From NCBI GenBank assembly GCA_016845065.1, contig JAERTG010000023.1:54055-118054 (forward strand): 64,000 bases of DNA. Direction: 5' to 3'. Every line of letters starts with the position of its first letter. Positions within the stretch are counted from its first letter, which is position 1. This document shows positions 39,354 through 50,936 of this stretch, piece by piece. Made by a program: the position numbers and the translations under genes. The notes below the pieces were generated by a model. It made no database searches and was not told the origin of the DNA. It was given only the letters and a program-made list of their open reading frames with translations. Source of the DNA: Fidelibacterota bacterium (GTDB lineage: Bacteria; Fidelibacterota; UBA8477; JABMPR01).

Positions 39354-41888
39354 TCACTTTTTCTTTTCAGAAGCTTCCAATTTGCGTTTGATGATTTCTT
39401 CTGAATAGAATTCCATGATGTCACCGACCTTAATTTTGCTAAAATCCTTCAGTGAAATTCCACATTCATTGCCTTCCATCACTTCCTTGACTTCGTCCTT
39501 GAAGCGTTTGAGGGCATTCAACTCACCGTTGAATAGTGTCTCACCATCACGAATGAGTCGAACTTTGGCATTCCGACGAACAACACCTTCAGTAACCATA
39601 GAACCTGCAATGATCCCAATCTTAGGAATCTTGAAAAGATCAGTGACTTCTGCTTTACCAATTTCATTTTCAACCACATCAGGTTCCAGCAAACCCTCTA
39701 GAGCTTGGAAGACATCATCGACTGCTGCATAAATCACATCATAGTAGCGAATTTCAACATCATCTGCCTTGGCTAGAAGTTTGGCATTACTATCAGCAGT
39801 CACATTAAAACCGACGATAATTGCATCTGAAGCTGCAGCGAGTAGTACATCCGACTCTTTAATCATTCCAATTCCTCGGTGAATGATGCGTACGGCAACT
39901 TCATTTGTGGCCATTTTCATGAATGAATCAGCTAGGGCTTCAATAGAACCATCCACATCTCCCTTGATCAGGAGAGGAACTTCTTTAACCTTTCCCTCGG
40001 AGATCTGCAGCGAGATTTGATCCAATGTCATATGGCGCATACGTTTGAAGTCTTGTTCTCTACGCAAGGAACGACGCTGCTCACTGACCTCACGTGCTTC
40101 CTTATCATTTTTCATGACAATCAGGTTATCACCTGCACGTGGTACATCGCTAAATCCAAGAATTTCTACTGGAGTTGATGGTCCTGCACTTTTAATTCTC
40201 TTGCCATGATCATCTTTAAGGGCACGAACCCGACCAGAGTAATCACCGCAAACAAAGGGATCTCCAATTTTGAGTGTTCCCCTACTCACCAGAACGGTTG
40301 CCAGTGCTCCAACACCCTTATCAAGTTTTGATTCAACTACGATTCCCCGGGCTTTGCCTGATGGATTCGCTTTCAGATCAAGAACTTCTGCCTCAAGAGC
40401 AACAGTTTCCAGCAATTCGTCAATATTCGTTCCCATCTTAGCGGAAATCTCAACATCGGGAATCTTGCCACCCCAACTTTCAACCAACATGTCACGTTCC
40501 GAGAGTTCGCGTCGAACTCGTTCGGCATCAGCGCCTTGTACATCCATTTTATTTATGGCAAACACAATGGGGACACCAGCTGCCTTTGCATGGTCAATAG
40601 CTTCAATGGTTTGCGGCATCACAGCATCATCAGCCGCGACAATAATGATAACGATATCTGTAACTTGAGCTCCGCGAGCACGCATTGCTGTAAAGGCTTC
40701 GTGACCCGGCGTATCAAGGAAGGTGATTAGCTTATCATCACCAACAGAAACAGAATAGGCTCCGATATGCTGGGTGATACCACCAGCTTCGCCAGATATC
40801 ACATTGGCTTCTCGGATATAATCCAGGAGTGAAGTTTTTCCATGGTCAACGTGACCCATGATAGTTACTACAGGTGGACGAGGTTTGAGATCAGCTTCAT
40901 CCACTTCTTCAAGAGCAATCTCTTCATCCATGGTTGTAACTGTATTGTCTTCAAAAACAACGGCTACTTCAAATTCCTCAGCCAGGAGCTCAATGGTATC
41001 TTTATCAATTCTTTGATTGATTGTCACCATCATGCCCATATCCATACACTTACTGATTATATCAGCAACATCAATTTCTATTAGATCAGCAAAATCATGG
41101 ACGGAAACAAATTCGGAGACACGATAGGCTTGATCCTCGGTCATTTCCTCCTGTTTTCCATCTCTACGACGTTTACGCTTTTTCCCTGTATCAAGCGAAG
41201 TCATAACCTTCTTAATAGAGGCATCAACTTCTTTCTGATCAAAGGTGCGGCGTTTTTTAGCAGGTTTGCCCTTGCCCTTTGGGGCAGTCGCTTTCACAAC
41301 GTGCTTAATCTTACGCTCAATTTTCTTGGCGATTATTTTATCTGTGGTGGATTCTTCTGTCTTCTTATCAGGATCTTCACCAGGACGAAGGATAGTGGGC
41401 TTAGCAGCCTTTTTGGCACTCTTCTGGCGTTCAAGTTCCTCACGCTCTTTGGCAGCTTGGGCTTCAGCGAGTTTGCGATTCTCTTCTTCCTCAAGGTCGC
41501 GCTTGGCCTGTGCAATTGCTTCTTTGCGATCCTCTTCCGCCTTGCGTTTGGCATCTTCTATCTCTTGACGACGCTGTTCTTCAGCATCCCGCCTTGAACG
41601 ATCTTCCTCTTCCCGAGCAATTTTTTCTTCTTCAGCTTTGCGGATGCGTTCTTCTTCTTCAATCCGACGCTGCTCTTCAAGGGCTTTGCGATCTACTTCT
41701 TTCTGATCCAACTCAATTTGATAGAGATCAGATGCAAAGTTTTTGAGAATCAGATTGTGAGTTTCTTCATCTACAGGACTCATATGATTGGTCACATCAA
41801 GACCTTGATCCTTGAGAAAAGTCACTATCTCGCTATGAGAGATATTAATCTGCTTTGCAATTTGGTATATTCGTTTTGGTTTATCCAA
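39354..41888 (-). CDS. infB: Translation initiation factor IF-2
   Basis: RPPVVTIMGHVDHGKT, GGITQHIGA, DTPGHEAF, INKMD. Probable TTG start at 41888 after GAGG; the ORF track starts at 41906. Confidence 0.98.
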   Translation of the reverse strand: MDKPKRIYQIAKQINISHSEIVTFLKDQGLDVTNHMSPVDEETHNLILKNFASDLYQIELDQKEVDRKALEEQRRIEEEERIRKAEEEKIAREEEDRSRRDAEEQRRQEIEDAKRKAEEDRKEAIAQAKRDLEEEENRKLAEAQAAKEREELERQKSAKKAAKPTILRPGEDPDKKTEESTTDKIIAKKIERKIKHVVKATAPKGKGKPAKKRRTFDQKEVDASIKKVMTSLDTGKKRKRRRDGKQEEMTEDQAYRVSEFVSVHDFADLIEIDVADIISKCMDMGMMVTINQRIDKDTIELLAEEFEVAVVFEDNTVTTMDEEIALEEVDEADLKPRPPVVTIMGHVDHGKTSLLDYIREANVISGEAGGITQHIGAYSVSVGDDKLITFLDTPGHEAFTAMRARGAQVTDIVIIIVAADDAVMPQTIEAIDHAKAAGVPIVFAINKMDVQGADAERVRRELSERDMLVESWGGKIPDVEISAKMGTNIDELLETVALEAEVLDLKANPSGKARGIVVESKLDKGVGALATVLVSRGTLKIGDPFVCGDYSGRVRALKDDHGKRIKSAGPSTPVEILGFSDVPRAGDNLIVMKNDKEAREVSEQRRSLRREQDFKRMRHMTLDQISLQISEGKVKEVPLLIKGDVDGSIEALADSFMKMATNEVAVRIIHRGIGMIKESDVLLAAASDAIIVGFNVTADSNAKLLAKADDVEIRYYDVIYAAVDDVFQALEGLLEPDVVENEIGKAEVTDLFKIPKIGIIAGSMVTEGVVRRNAKVRLIRDGETLFNGELNALKRFKDEVKEVMEGNECGISLKDFSKIKVGDIMEFYSEEIIKRKLEASEKKK

Positions 41889-41977
41889 TCGTTCCTCTTT
41901 CCTCATCCCTTTTAAGCAGAAACATCTGAGCCCTGCGAAACCGGAGACAATCTAAAACTGTTTCCAGTAGCAGTTCC

Positions 41978-43270
41978 CTAGTCTTTTTCCTCACCGGAGG
42001 TGTCTACTTCCACAACTTCTTCGATGACTTCAACTTTTACCTCAACTTTATCCATCAGTGCTGTCATAAACTCATCGAGTGATTTTTCTCCAAGACCCTT
42101 CAACGCCAGCAAGGCGTCTTTGCTGGTATTGACAACTTCATTTACCGTATCAATGCCATTTTCAGCAAGAATTGAGACAACTCGCTTTGGTAGTCCCTCA
42201 ACCTCTTCTAGATATACCTCAACGACCACTGGACCCTCAACCTCACTTCGTGATTTTGCATCAATCTCAAAACCAGTCACTTTAGAAGCGAGTCGGACAT
42301 TTTGTCCATTCTTTCCAATGGCAATTGAAATATCTTCAGCCTCAAACAAAGCCAGGGCTCTGTGATTTTCGTAATCTATGGTTACGCGATATGGCTTAGC
42401 AGGAGAAAGGGCTCGGGTTACAAGCAATTGGGGTTCTGATGTATAATTGATGATATCAATTTTTTCACCATTTAATTCCCGAACAATGACCTGGATTCGG
42501 CTTCCCTTCATACCTACACATGCACCAACAGCATCAATTCGCTTGTCATGAGACTCAACGATGATTTTGGTACGGTCACCAGGTTCTCTGAATAGTGTGC
42601 GAATATCAATGATGCCATCTTCAATTTCTGGCACTTCATTTTTGAACAACTTGTGCAGGAAGCTTGGGTCAGCACGGGATATAATGATTTCTGGACCACG
42701 CTTATCAGAACGAACTTCTTTAATGATAGCACGAACGCTGTCACCACGACGGTAGCGTTCACTATAGATCTGTTCCTCGCGGGGCATTTTGAGCTCGGCC
42801 TTGTCAATATTCACAAAGAGAGCATCACGTCGGATTTGATGAATTTCACCGATAATGATCTCACCAACACGGCTTGAGTAGTCACGATAAATCTGATCAC
42901 GCTCAAATTCTTGAATTTTCTGAGCCATGACGTGACGAGCAAAGGTGATCAAGCGACGTCCAAATGTTGCTGGATCCACAACATCAATAAAGGGGTCTCC
43001 AATCTCAAGATCAGGAGCTATTTCCTGTGCAGTCTTGACATCCACTTCAAAATCAGGATCGTCAACTACTTCAACGACCTCTTTTTCCTGGTAGATTTCA
43101 ATCTCACCCTTATCCATGTTGACAATTACGTCAAAGTTGTCAACGTTTCCGTATTTCTTCTGAATCAAAGCTTCAAAGATTTCTTTTATGATATCAGCCA
43201 ACTCTTTGCGGTCGATATCTTTATCCTTTGCCAGCTGGATAAACGATTCAATGATAATTTTACTGATCAA
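41978..43270 (-). CDS. nusA: Transcription elongation factor NusA
   Basis: FGR, S1 domain, EVPEI, REPG.RTK, GACVGMKGSR, AIGKNGQNVRLA, C-terminal HhH. Confidence 0.97.
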   Translation of the reverse strand: MISKIIIESFIQLAKDKDIDRKELADIIKEIFEALIQKKYGNVDNFDVIVNMDKGEIEIYQEKEVVEVVDDPDFEVDVKTAQEIAPDLEIGDPFIDVVDPATFGRRLITFARHVMAQKIQEFERDQIYRDYSSRVGEIIIGEIHQIRRDALFVNIDKAELKMPREEQIYSERYRRGDSVRAIIKEVRSDKRGPEIIISRADPSFLHKLFKNEVPEIEDGIIDIRTLFREPGDRTKIIVESHDKRIDAVGACVGMKGSRIQVIVRELNGEKIDIINYTSEPQLLVTRALSPAKPYRVTIDYENHRALALFEAEDISIAIGKNGQNVRLASKVTGFEIDAKSRSEVEGPVVVEVYLEEVEGLPKRVVSILAENGIDTVNEVVNTSKDALLALKGLGEKSLDEFMTALMDKVEVKVEVIEEVVEVDTSGEEKD

Positions 43271-43286
43271 GGGGTCAATCCTCCTT

Positions 43287-43742
43287 CTACCATCGCATAT
43301 TTACTTTGCCATGAATGACATCATCCATATCCAGGACCATTTCCTCATCAGCTACTTTGATAGTAAGTGATTCGTCTGTGGCTGATACTATTTCGCCATC
43401 CAGGGGGTTCTGCATCGCTTCAGAGCGATGTTCAATTTTCATAGAGTGCCCGGATAATCGATTAAAATGACGGGCCAATTTTACAGGAAAACTCGCACCG
43501 GGTGAGGTGACTTCGACAGAAACCTTCTCAATATCTAATCCGGGGAGTATAAGATTATTATGAATGGATCGATTGATACGAGCCAATTGGTCGATGGTGA
43601 TACCGGAATCACTGTCACACTTTGCAATGAGCTGGAACCCACCCCGTGATGCATTCATTTTTGCATCAACGAGGAAAATGTCCTCAGCATCTTCAAAGCA
43701 ATGCTCTATTCCGGCTTTTATTTCTTCATCGGTCCAATTCAC
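43287..43742 (-). CDS. rimP: Ribosome maturation factor RimP
   Basis: D...GITID, VEVTSPG; first gene of the nusA-infB operon. Confidence 0.88.
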   Translation of the reverse strand: MNWTDEEIKAGIEHCFEDAEDIFLVDAKMNASRGGFQLIAKCDSDSGITIDQLARINRSIHNNLILPGLDIEKVSVEVTSPGASFPVKLARHFNRLSGHSMKIEHRSEAMQNPLDGEIVSATDESLTIKVADEEMVLDMDDVIHGKVNMRW

Positions 43743-43771
43743 TTCGCGTCTTCATACCCTTTACAAATAAA

Positions 43772-43797
43772 CAAAGTGGGTCATTCAACCCACTTTG
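43772..43797 (-). promoter_or_regulatory. rimP-leader-like attenuator hairpin
   Basis: CAAAGTGGG-TTGAATGA-CCCACTTTG plus T-rich tail upstream of rimP; promoter TTGCAA-N17-TATATT lies just upstream. Confidence 0.7.
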
Positions 43798-43848
43798 CGG
43801 GCGAAATATATTCGGGGAGAGCCCTGATTGCAAGTTCAATAATTGCAA

Positions 43849-44517
43849 TTATTTCTCCAACACTTTGCCTTCTAAATATTTGACCTGTTCCAGGAATTTT
43901 CCTGTCGGTTTTCCATCTAAAAGTTCTTTAACAATTTTATCGGCATCGATGACATTTCCATCAGCCATATATGAGTAACCTGTCTGGAGCATCGCATACT
44001 CAGAAACTACACCCTCTTTTAGGGCTCCAACCTCACTGTAAAGAGAGGCTGCTTCACTATAATTCTCTTCTTTTTCGAGGATATATGCCAATTTCAATGT
44101 TCCAGCCAGCATGAGTTGTTTATCTGAACTGTTCGCCAGGGTAGTGAACAAATCTCTGGCACCATCAAGATCATTTGCCTGCAATCTTGCTACACCGAGT
44201 TGGTAGGTAGCCTGAGATATGGCCTCATTATCACCATATTCGTTCACAACGTTTTCGAGTTCTGCAAGGACGTTTTCATCCACGCCGATAGCTGCAGCTA
44301 TAGTAGCCTTCGTGCTAGCCAGCATGGCTTCGCTTCGTGTGGTTTCCATGCTATTCATCCAACCCCACCCTAAAACGATAATTACGACTACCGCTACTGC
44401 TCCAGATATGATCTGCTTGCTATTCTCTTCATAGAACTGCTGTCCCTTTTCAAGAGTATCCAGCAGTGGATCGTGCTTTAGTTCTTTTTTTGTTATTTTC
44501 TTTTTTGGCGTCAACAT
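43849..44517 (-). CDS. YfgM-like membrane-anchored TPR protein
   Basis: Basic N-terminus, a single TM helix, then TPR-like helices. Confidence 0.75.
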   Translation of the reverse strand: MLTPKKKITKKELKHDPLLDTLEKGQQFYEENSKQIISGAVAVVVIIVLGWGWMNSMETTRSEAMLASTKATIAAAIGVDENVLAELENVVNEYGDNEAISQATYQLGVARLQANDLDGARDLFTTLANSSDKQLMLAGTLKLAYILEKEENYSEAASLYSEVGALKEGVVSEYAMLQTGYSYMADGNVIDADKIVKELLDGKPTGKFLEQVKYLEGKVLEK

Positions 44518-44588
44518 CGGATATCATATCCCTTCAAAATTACTATTGTCAATAATGAACCCTGGCTCCGGCCTCATGGGTTATTTCG

Positions 44589-44662
44589 TACCCCTGAGGT
44601 GATTCGAACACCTGACCTACGCTTTAGGAAAGCGTTGCTCTATCCTGCTGAGCTACAGGGGC
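44589..44662 (-). tRNA. tRNA-Arg(CCT)
   Basis: GCCCCTG/CAGGGGT acceptor, ACGCT-TTCCTAA-AGCGT anticodon arm, GTTCGAATC T-loop. Confidence 0.96.
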
Positions 44663-44753
44663 ATCATGGTTTAAAAAAAGCACGCCAATATAAACGAGCA
44701 TACATGGGCACAAAAGGGATTTACTCGGAAAGATTATACCGTCCAGAATAAAC

Positions 44754-44780
44754 AAAAGACCGGTGAAAACCGGTCTTTTT
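44754..44780. terminator. Intrinsic terminator
   Basis: AAAAGACCGGT-GAAA-ACCGGTCTTTT, downstream of the LiaF-like gene. Confidence 0.85.
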
Positions 44781-44806
44781 GAGTAATTGATTCTAGTCTG
44801 AGGTGA

Positions 44807-45508
44807 TCAAGTTCTAATCTCTAAACCTCCAAATGCAACTGTGCAGTTTAGCGTAATGTTCACTGCACCCTCAGCTCCACCCTTAGATTTATCCTCAACT
44901 CCCCCAAAAATAGGTGTTCCGGTGACGATTACATTCCAGTCGTCAGGAACCCGAATCTCAGCACCGCCAAACAAGGCGGTAACATTGACTACACAGCCTG
45001 TATCGATGGCCTTTGCTTCAGTCAAATCAATCTCAACCCCTCCAAAAAGTGCCATAACATTTGCACCTTTAAACGCCTTACTGTGGACCTTCTTTTCAAC
45101 TCCTCCAAAGATGGCCGTAGCATTTATAAAATCATCATCCTCTGATGATACTGTGGAAAAGGACAACCCAGGTTTACCCTTGGATTTTAACAGCATGGAC
45201 ACGCCAACATAGAGTATTGCTAATGGCCAAAGCTTAAATATGCTACCCCAATTGATGAAATCAAGGGTGGCAGATAACAACACGAGACCAACTATAAACA
45301 AAATTGATCCGTTGCGACGATCATCACTTTTTAACTTTAAAAATCCTGCTACAATCAGAATCACTGGCCACCACTCGCTTAAAAAATGACCGAGATGCAT
45401 GATATTTAAACTTTGCAATAGAAAGATCGCTCCGATGGCTATGATAACAATGGCAATCCATGATTGTTGGTTACTTTTCCCAGGTAACTTTTCAGTCATT
45501 TTATTCAA
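44807..45508 (-). CDS. LiaF-like envelope-stress membrane protein
   Basis: Four TM helices with WP motifs plus repeated (A/T)(I/L)FGG.E beta-solenoid motifs and I.VP.DW.V. Confidence 0.85.
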   Translation of the reverse strand: MNKMTEKLPGKSNQQSWIAIVIIAIGAIFLLQSLNIMHLGHFLSEWWPVILIVAGFLKLKSDDRRNGSILFIVGLVLLSATLDFINWGSIFKLWPLAILYVGVSMLLKSKGKPGLSFSTVSSEDDDFINATAIFGGVEKKVHSKAFKGANVMALFGGVEIDLTEAKAIDTGCVVNVTALFGGAEIRVPDDWNVIVTGTPIFGGVEDKSKGGAEGAVNITLNCTVAFGGLEIRT

Positions 45509-45557
45509 CTCCTATATTCATGTATTTCGATTTGTGAAAATACGCTCAAAACCCGTT

Positions 45558-46352
45558 TTAGCCCAAAGGTATTTTAAGTGAAAGCACAATATTCGAACGA
45601 TTCCCCTGACTCTTCAGCAAAACCTGGCTTTGATTAGTATCCTCACCGAATCGTTTGAGCTCCTGATGAGTAACCACCCATGCAATTATTGATCCTGATA
45701 TTGCACCAGTGAGGATATCAGAAAAATAATGCATATCACCGGCAACTCTCAAATAGGCTATTAATCCTGCAATTCCGGTTAATGATGACCAGATTGCAGA
45801 TTTATAATCAGGATAACTGCGACTTAGAATTATGGAGTTTGCTACGGCCTGAGAAAAGGCAACGCTACTGTGGCCACTATAAAATGATGCAAAGTCCTTG
45901 GCACCTTCTGATGGTCGAGTCTTGTAGTAACTATATGGTCGTTCTCTGGCTGCAGATATCTTCAATATGTTTGTCATGACACTATTTGCAGCAAAGACAC
46001 GAGCATTTATCAGGAGGGCCAGTTCTGTATCATCAGCTAGCCCAGGTCCCCAGAGTAGACTTGACATACTCACCCCATATATGAGTCTATCACTCCAGGT
46101 TCTAGCCTTATCCTGTTTGTTAGTCCCAACCCACAATCGATCGCGCATATACCTGTCAATAGAATTTGGCGTACTAAGTCGAGGAGTCTCTGGAATTAGA
46201 TGGTTTTTTCCAAATACTTCCAGCCCCAGAGCAAAGCCCAATTCAGAACCTGTGATAAGCCAATCACTCCTAGATATCTCCTGAGCATGGTTTGGAGTGT
46301 TCCACAGAATGATTGCGATAAAGATAAAAAATATTTTTACTTTGGATTTAAT
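45558..46352 (-). CDS. PAP2-family phosphatase, probable AUU start
   Basis: K..AARERP, SFYSGH, LRVAGDMHYFSD motifs. The frame extends 37 codons past the TTG at 46241 to an ATT at 46352 and encodes a signal peptide. Confidence 0.85.
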   Translation of the reverse strand: MKSKVKIFFIFIAIILWNTPNHAQEISRSDWLITGSELGFALGLEVFGKNHLIPETPRLSTPNSIDRYMRDRLWVGTNKQDKARTWSDRLIYGVSMSSLLWGPGLADDTELALLINARVFAANSVMTNILKISAARERPYSYYKTRPSEGAKDFASFYSGHSSVAFSQAVANSIILSRSYPDYKSAIWSSLTGIAGLIAYLRVAGDMHYFSDILTGAISGSIIAWVVTHQELKRFGEDTNQSQVLLKSQGNRSNIVLSLKIPLG

Positions 46353-46384
46353 TCAGAGTCTCCCGTAAAGTTACTTCAATTCAG

Positions 46385-47248
46385 TTACTTAAGTAAAACA
46401 TCCATCATGATTTTATGTCCACCAATTAGCTTGGAATGATCAAACATAAGCGCGCCTTGCAAACTTGAATGACACTCGCACTTTCGTTGATGATCATGAT
46501 TAATAATGGTGTCTCTGAGTAATTTCAGAGCGCTTTCAAGACTTTCACTGTATCGTTTAAGTAGCTGAGGTACAGTTACATGCTGGCTTGGATCATCCAT
46601 CCAGCAATCATAATCTGTCGGGATTGCTATAGTTGAGTAGCACATCTGTGCTTCACGGGCTAGAAAGGCTTCGGGGATATTTGTCATACCAACCAAATCA
46701 CAACCGGCTGCATCGCGTAGGAAGAAACTCTCCGCTCGTGTTCCGAGTCTGGGACCATCAACACACCCGTAGGTTAAATTGTTATGTATGGGCAAATTTA
46801 AAGACTGTCCAGAACTAAATATCTGACTTCTAAGTGTGCTGCAAACTGGTTCTGATGAAGTGATATGAGCTACAAGTCCATCTCCAAAAAAACTTTTGGG
46901 TCGTCCATCCTTTACATAATCAAAGTATTGGGAAGGGAGGGCAAATTCGCCTGGTCTTATCTCCTCTCTAAGACTTCCAGTCGCTGAAAAGGAAATTAAT
47001 CGCTTGACACCCACTGATTTGAGCGCCCATATATTTGCCCTATAATTTACTTCAGAGGGTAAAAGCTGATGAGATTCACCATGTCGGGGCAAAAAGGCAA
47101 TGTCCTTCTCACCCACGCTTCCAAATGAAAGTTTTGCAGAGGGCTCACCAAATGGAGTTCCAACTACCTGGCTATCTAGTACCTTCATCCAGTTTATCTC
47201 GTAAAGACCGGTACCACCGATTATCCCCAACATCAATTTTTCTCCCAT
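46385..47248 (-). CDS. mtnP: S-methyl-5'-thioadenosine/inosine phosphorylase
   Basis: GIIGGTG, TPFGEPS, FLPRHG..H...P..VNYRANIWAL, GPRL.TRAES, VGMT..PEA.LARE, TDYDCW. Confidence 0.92.
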   Translation of the reverse strand: MGEKLMLGIIGGTGLYEINWMKVLDSQVVGTPFGEPSAKLSFGSVGEKDIAFLPRHGESHQLLPSEVNYRANIWALKSVGVKRLISFSATGSLREEIRPGEFALPSQYFDYVKDGRPKSFFGDGLVAHITSSEPVCSTLRSQIFSSGQSLNLPIHNNLTYGCVDGPRLGTRAESFFLRDAAGCDLVGMTNIPEAFLAREAQMCYSTIAIPTDYDCWMDDPSQHVTVPQLLKRYSESLESALKLLRDTIINHDHQRKCECHSSLQGALMFDHSKLIGGHKIMMDVLLK

Positions 47249-47337
47249 GATTCGGATCAGAAAGTGAAGATTAATTTTAAAGGTTTAATCTAATCCCTAA
47301 ATGAGTGAGTAGTATCTTTTTCCCTACCAGCAGGGCT

Positions 47338-47637
47338 TTACGCCTGGTTTGGAACTGCTTGAGGTGCAGATATCAGGGATAAACGTGTGCGGAATGTTTC
47401 TGCCGAAAAGGATCCCAGAAACCAAAGTTTGTTATTAACCCATATTGAGGGTGTAATCCCACCTAAGGTTCGACGATTGTCACCACTTTCAGCAATATCT
47501 ACGACGCGTACGATCATTTCAGGGAATTGTTCACGGCATAGTAGCAAAGATTTTAGGGTCTTATAACTGAAGTTGCATCCCTCACGGACTATTATTTCAA
47601 CTCGGATAAGATCTGACTCAGTAATGATTTTTTCCAT
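47338..47637 (-). CDS. Small thioredoxin/glutaredoxin-fold protein (CxxS)
   Basis: VEII..EGCNFS, VVDI, TPSIWVN....F.G. Confidence 0.7.
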   Translation of the reverse strand: MEKIITESDLIRVEIIVREGCNFSYKTLKSLLLCREQFPEMIVRVVDIAESGDNRRTLGGITPSIWVNNKLWFLGSFSAETFRTRLSLISAPQAVPNQA

Positions 47638-47669
47638 GGCAGAATCTAGATAGCCCGTGGAAGGTTGAC

Positions 47670-47685
47670 TGTCATTTTGCAGACA
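47670..47685. promoter_or_regulatory. Crp/Fnr-family binding site (class II position)
   Basis: TGTCA-TTTTGC-AGACA centred 40.5 bp upstream of the ATG at 47637, with -10 TAGATT. Confidence 0.65.
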
Positions 47686-47708
47686 TGTTCGTGGAATACA
47701 ATGTGGAC

Positions 47709-48392
47709 TCAGGTCTCCAATTGGTCAAGGTCACCCTTAAGTTGTAGAAATCGTCGGGAAAACTTAATAACGTCTCTTTCTGCTAATTCATTCAATACTT
47801 GATTTACGGTTTGCCTGGCTGTGGCAGTAAGATCAGCGATCTCCTGGTGTGTTAGAAAGGGTCGCACCATCCAACCGTCGACCATCTTTTTGCCAAAAGT
47901 CTCAACATAGCGATGCAGGAATGAGGTAATTCTTTGGCTTGCATTTTTAAACACTAAATCTTCAACGTGTGCCTGGATCTTCCGCAATCGCCAGCCAATG
48001 AACTTGTTTACACTCATGGTCAATTTAGGACTTTTCTCCATGAGATCTTGAAAATCGCGTTTATCCATTGCACATACGACAGCATCTTCCACAACCTCAG
48101 CAATATTGTCATGGGTATCCTGACCCAGAATAGCACTTTCCCCAAATATTTCTCCAGGTCCCAGCAGTTGGAGGGTCGTCGTTTTACCATCTTCTGAGAG
48201 TCGATATATCTTAATTTTTCCAGTTTTAAGAAAATATATAGTGTTTGATGCATCTTCTGGGAAATAGATAATTTCCTTTTTTGAGTTATTTTGCATTGAA
48301 GTATTCTCGGCAAGTTCCATCATCATCTTGGGACTCATCCCTTCAAGCATATTGAAATTCTGCAAATACCATAATTTGGTTTTTTCAGCCAT
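47709..48392 (-). CDS. Crp/Fnr family transcriptional regulator
   Basis: cNMP-binding fold (G.IKI..., L.PGEIFGE) and HTH LTHQEIADL...ARQTV. Confidence 0.93.
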   Translation of the reverse strand: MAEKTKLWYLQNFNMLEGMSPKMMMELAENTSMQNNSKKEIIYFPEDASNTIYFLKTGKIKIYRLSEDGKTTTLQLLGPGEIFGESAILGQDTHDNIAEVVEDAVVCAMDKRDFQDLMEKSPKLTMSVNKFIGWRLRKIQAHVEDLVFKNASQRITSFLHRYVETFGKKMVDGWMVRPFLTHQEIADLTATARQTVNQVLNELAERDVIKFSRRFLQLKGDLDQLET

Positions 48393-48538
48393 GATGTATT
48401 GGTCTCCTATCTTCTTTGAGGAATCATTTCAAGGAACAGTTTCTGCCATCGCAGATTATCAACTTCAATTATTCGATTCCTGATTGGTGATATAATAGTT
48501 GAACGACCTATTTATTCAAACTGAATGTTGGGGATACA

Positions 48539-48566
48539 GAAACGGCTCCTCAGAGGGAGCCGTTTC
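48539..48566. terminator. Terminator-like hairpin after tpl
   Basis: GAAACGGCTCCT-CAGA-GGGAGCCGTTTC. Confidence 0.75.
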
Positions 48567-48591
48567 AATAACACATTTTAGTAAATCAGGT

Positions 48592-50076
<1,485 letters not shown>

Positions 50077-50115
50077 TTAAGGGATAGTTTCTTTATCAAG
50101 CTCGGTGAATTACCA

Positions 50116-50131
50116 AGCAAGAAGCGTTCCA
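50116..50131 (-). promoter_or_regulatory. Sigma-54 promoter for tpl
   Basis: TGGAACG-CTTC-TTGCT with exact GG-N10-GC spacing, about 140 nt upstream of tpl. Confidence 0.7.
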
Positions 50132-50197
50132 TGAATTTTGTAATTTTGAGATAATTGAATTACGGTCGTAAGAGCAGTATGAAGTGACCTCTCCCAC

Positions 50198-50698
50198 TTA
50201 AAGAATGGGCTGATCGGATGAAACCAATGGAAAGGGAATACTAATTGTCGCATCATCCAAATAAAGCATATAAATGGAGCTGGCGGGGAGCGTTTCTCGT
50301 TTCATCGAGACACCTGTAAAATATTGAATTTGATCTGCACTGACATCAAGTATGATACTGGGAATGCGAGTCCCATCATTCAATTCTATTACATCGCCGA
50401 GGGCATTGGGGTCTTTTCCTTTTAAGAGAGAGTGTAAATCCAGGTTCATATTGGTCTCCAGGTATTGAACATTAATTCTACTGACTATTTGCATGGAGGC
50501 ATCCCCATGATTGTGAAAGTAGTAATAGGTTTCGTCGGAATAAATCAGCCGTCCCTCAATGGCTTCCTTATCGAGATCAATAAACTCTATTGACATATCT
50601 TCATTTTCAGTGCCCTCTACATAGTCGAGATTCACAGGTTTCGCAGAAAGAGTTACAGAAGAGAGAACAAGAATGAGTATATGTTTCACTGTTTTCAT
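50198..50698 (-). CDS. Hypothetical exported protein with two small beta-rich repeats
   Basis: RBS AAGGA, signal peptide ending LSA; internal similarity IEGRLIYSDE..YYF / IPSIILDVSADQIQYF. Confidence 0.7.
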   Translation of the reverse strand: MKTVKHILILVLSSVTLSAKPVNLDYVEGTENEDMSIEFIDLDKEAIEGRLIYSDETYYYFHNHGDASMQIVSRINVQYLETNMNLDLHSLLKGKDPNALGDVIELNDGTRIPSIILDVSADQIQYFTGVSMKRETLPASSIYMLYLDDATISIPFPLVSSDQPIL

Positions 50699-50936
50699 GG
50701 CTACTTCCTTTCAACTAGACCTGCAATGGGTCCGACTGGAGTTATGATAGCCTATTCACAGAGATGGTTCAATCAGGCTTACCCTATTGTTTTAGGTAGA
50801 TTTACCCTATAGGAAATAAAATCTAAATGGACTTTTGAGTTGAATCAGTGAGATTGGGATATGCAAGAATCCCCTTCCATTTTGAGTTTAACATCCTGGG
50901 AGGGGATTTGAATAACTAGAGCTTAGTCTATTTGAA

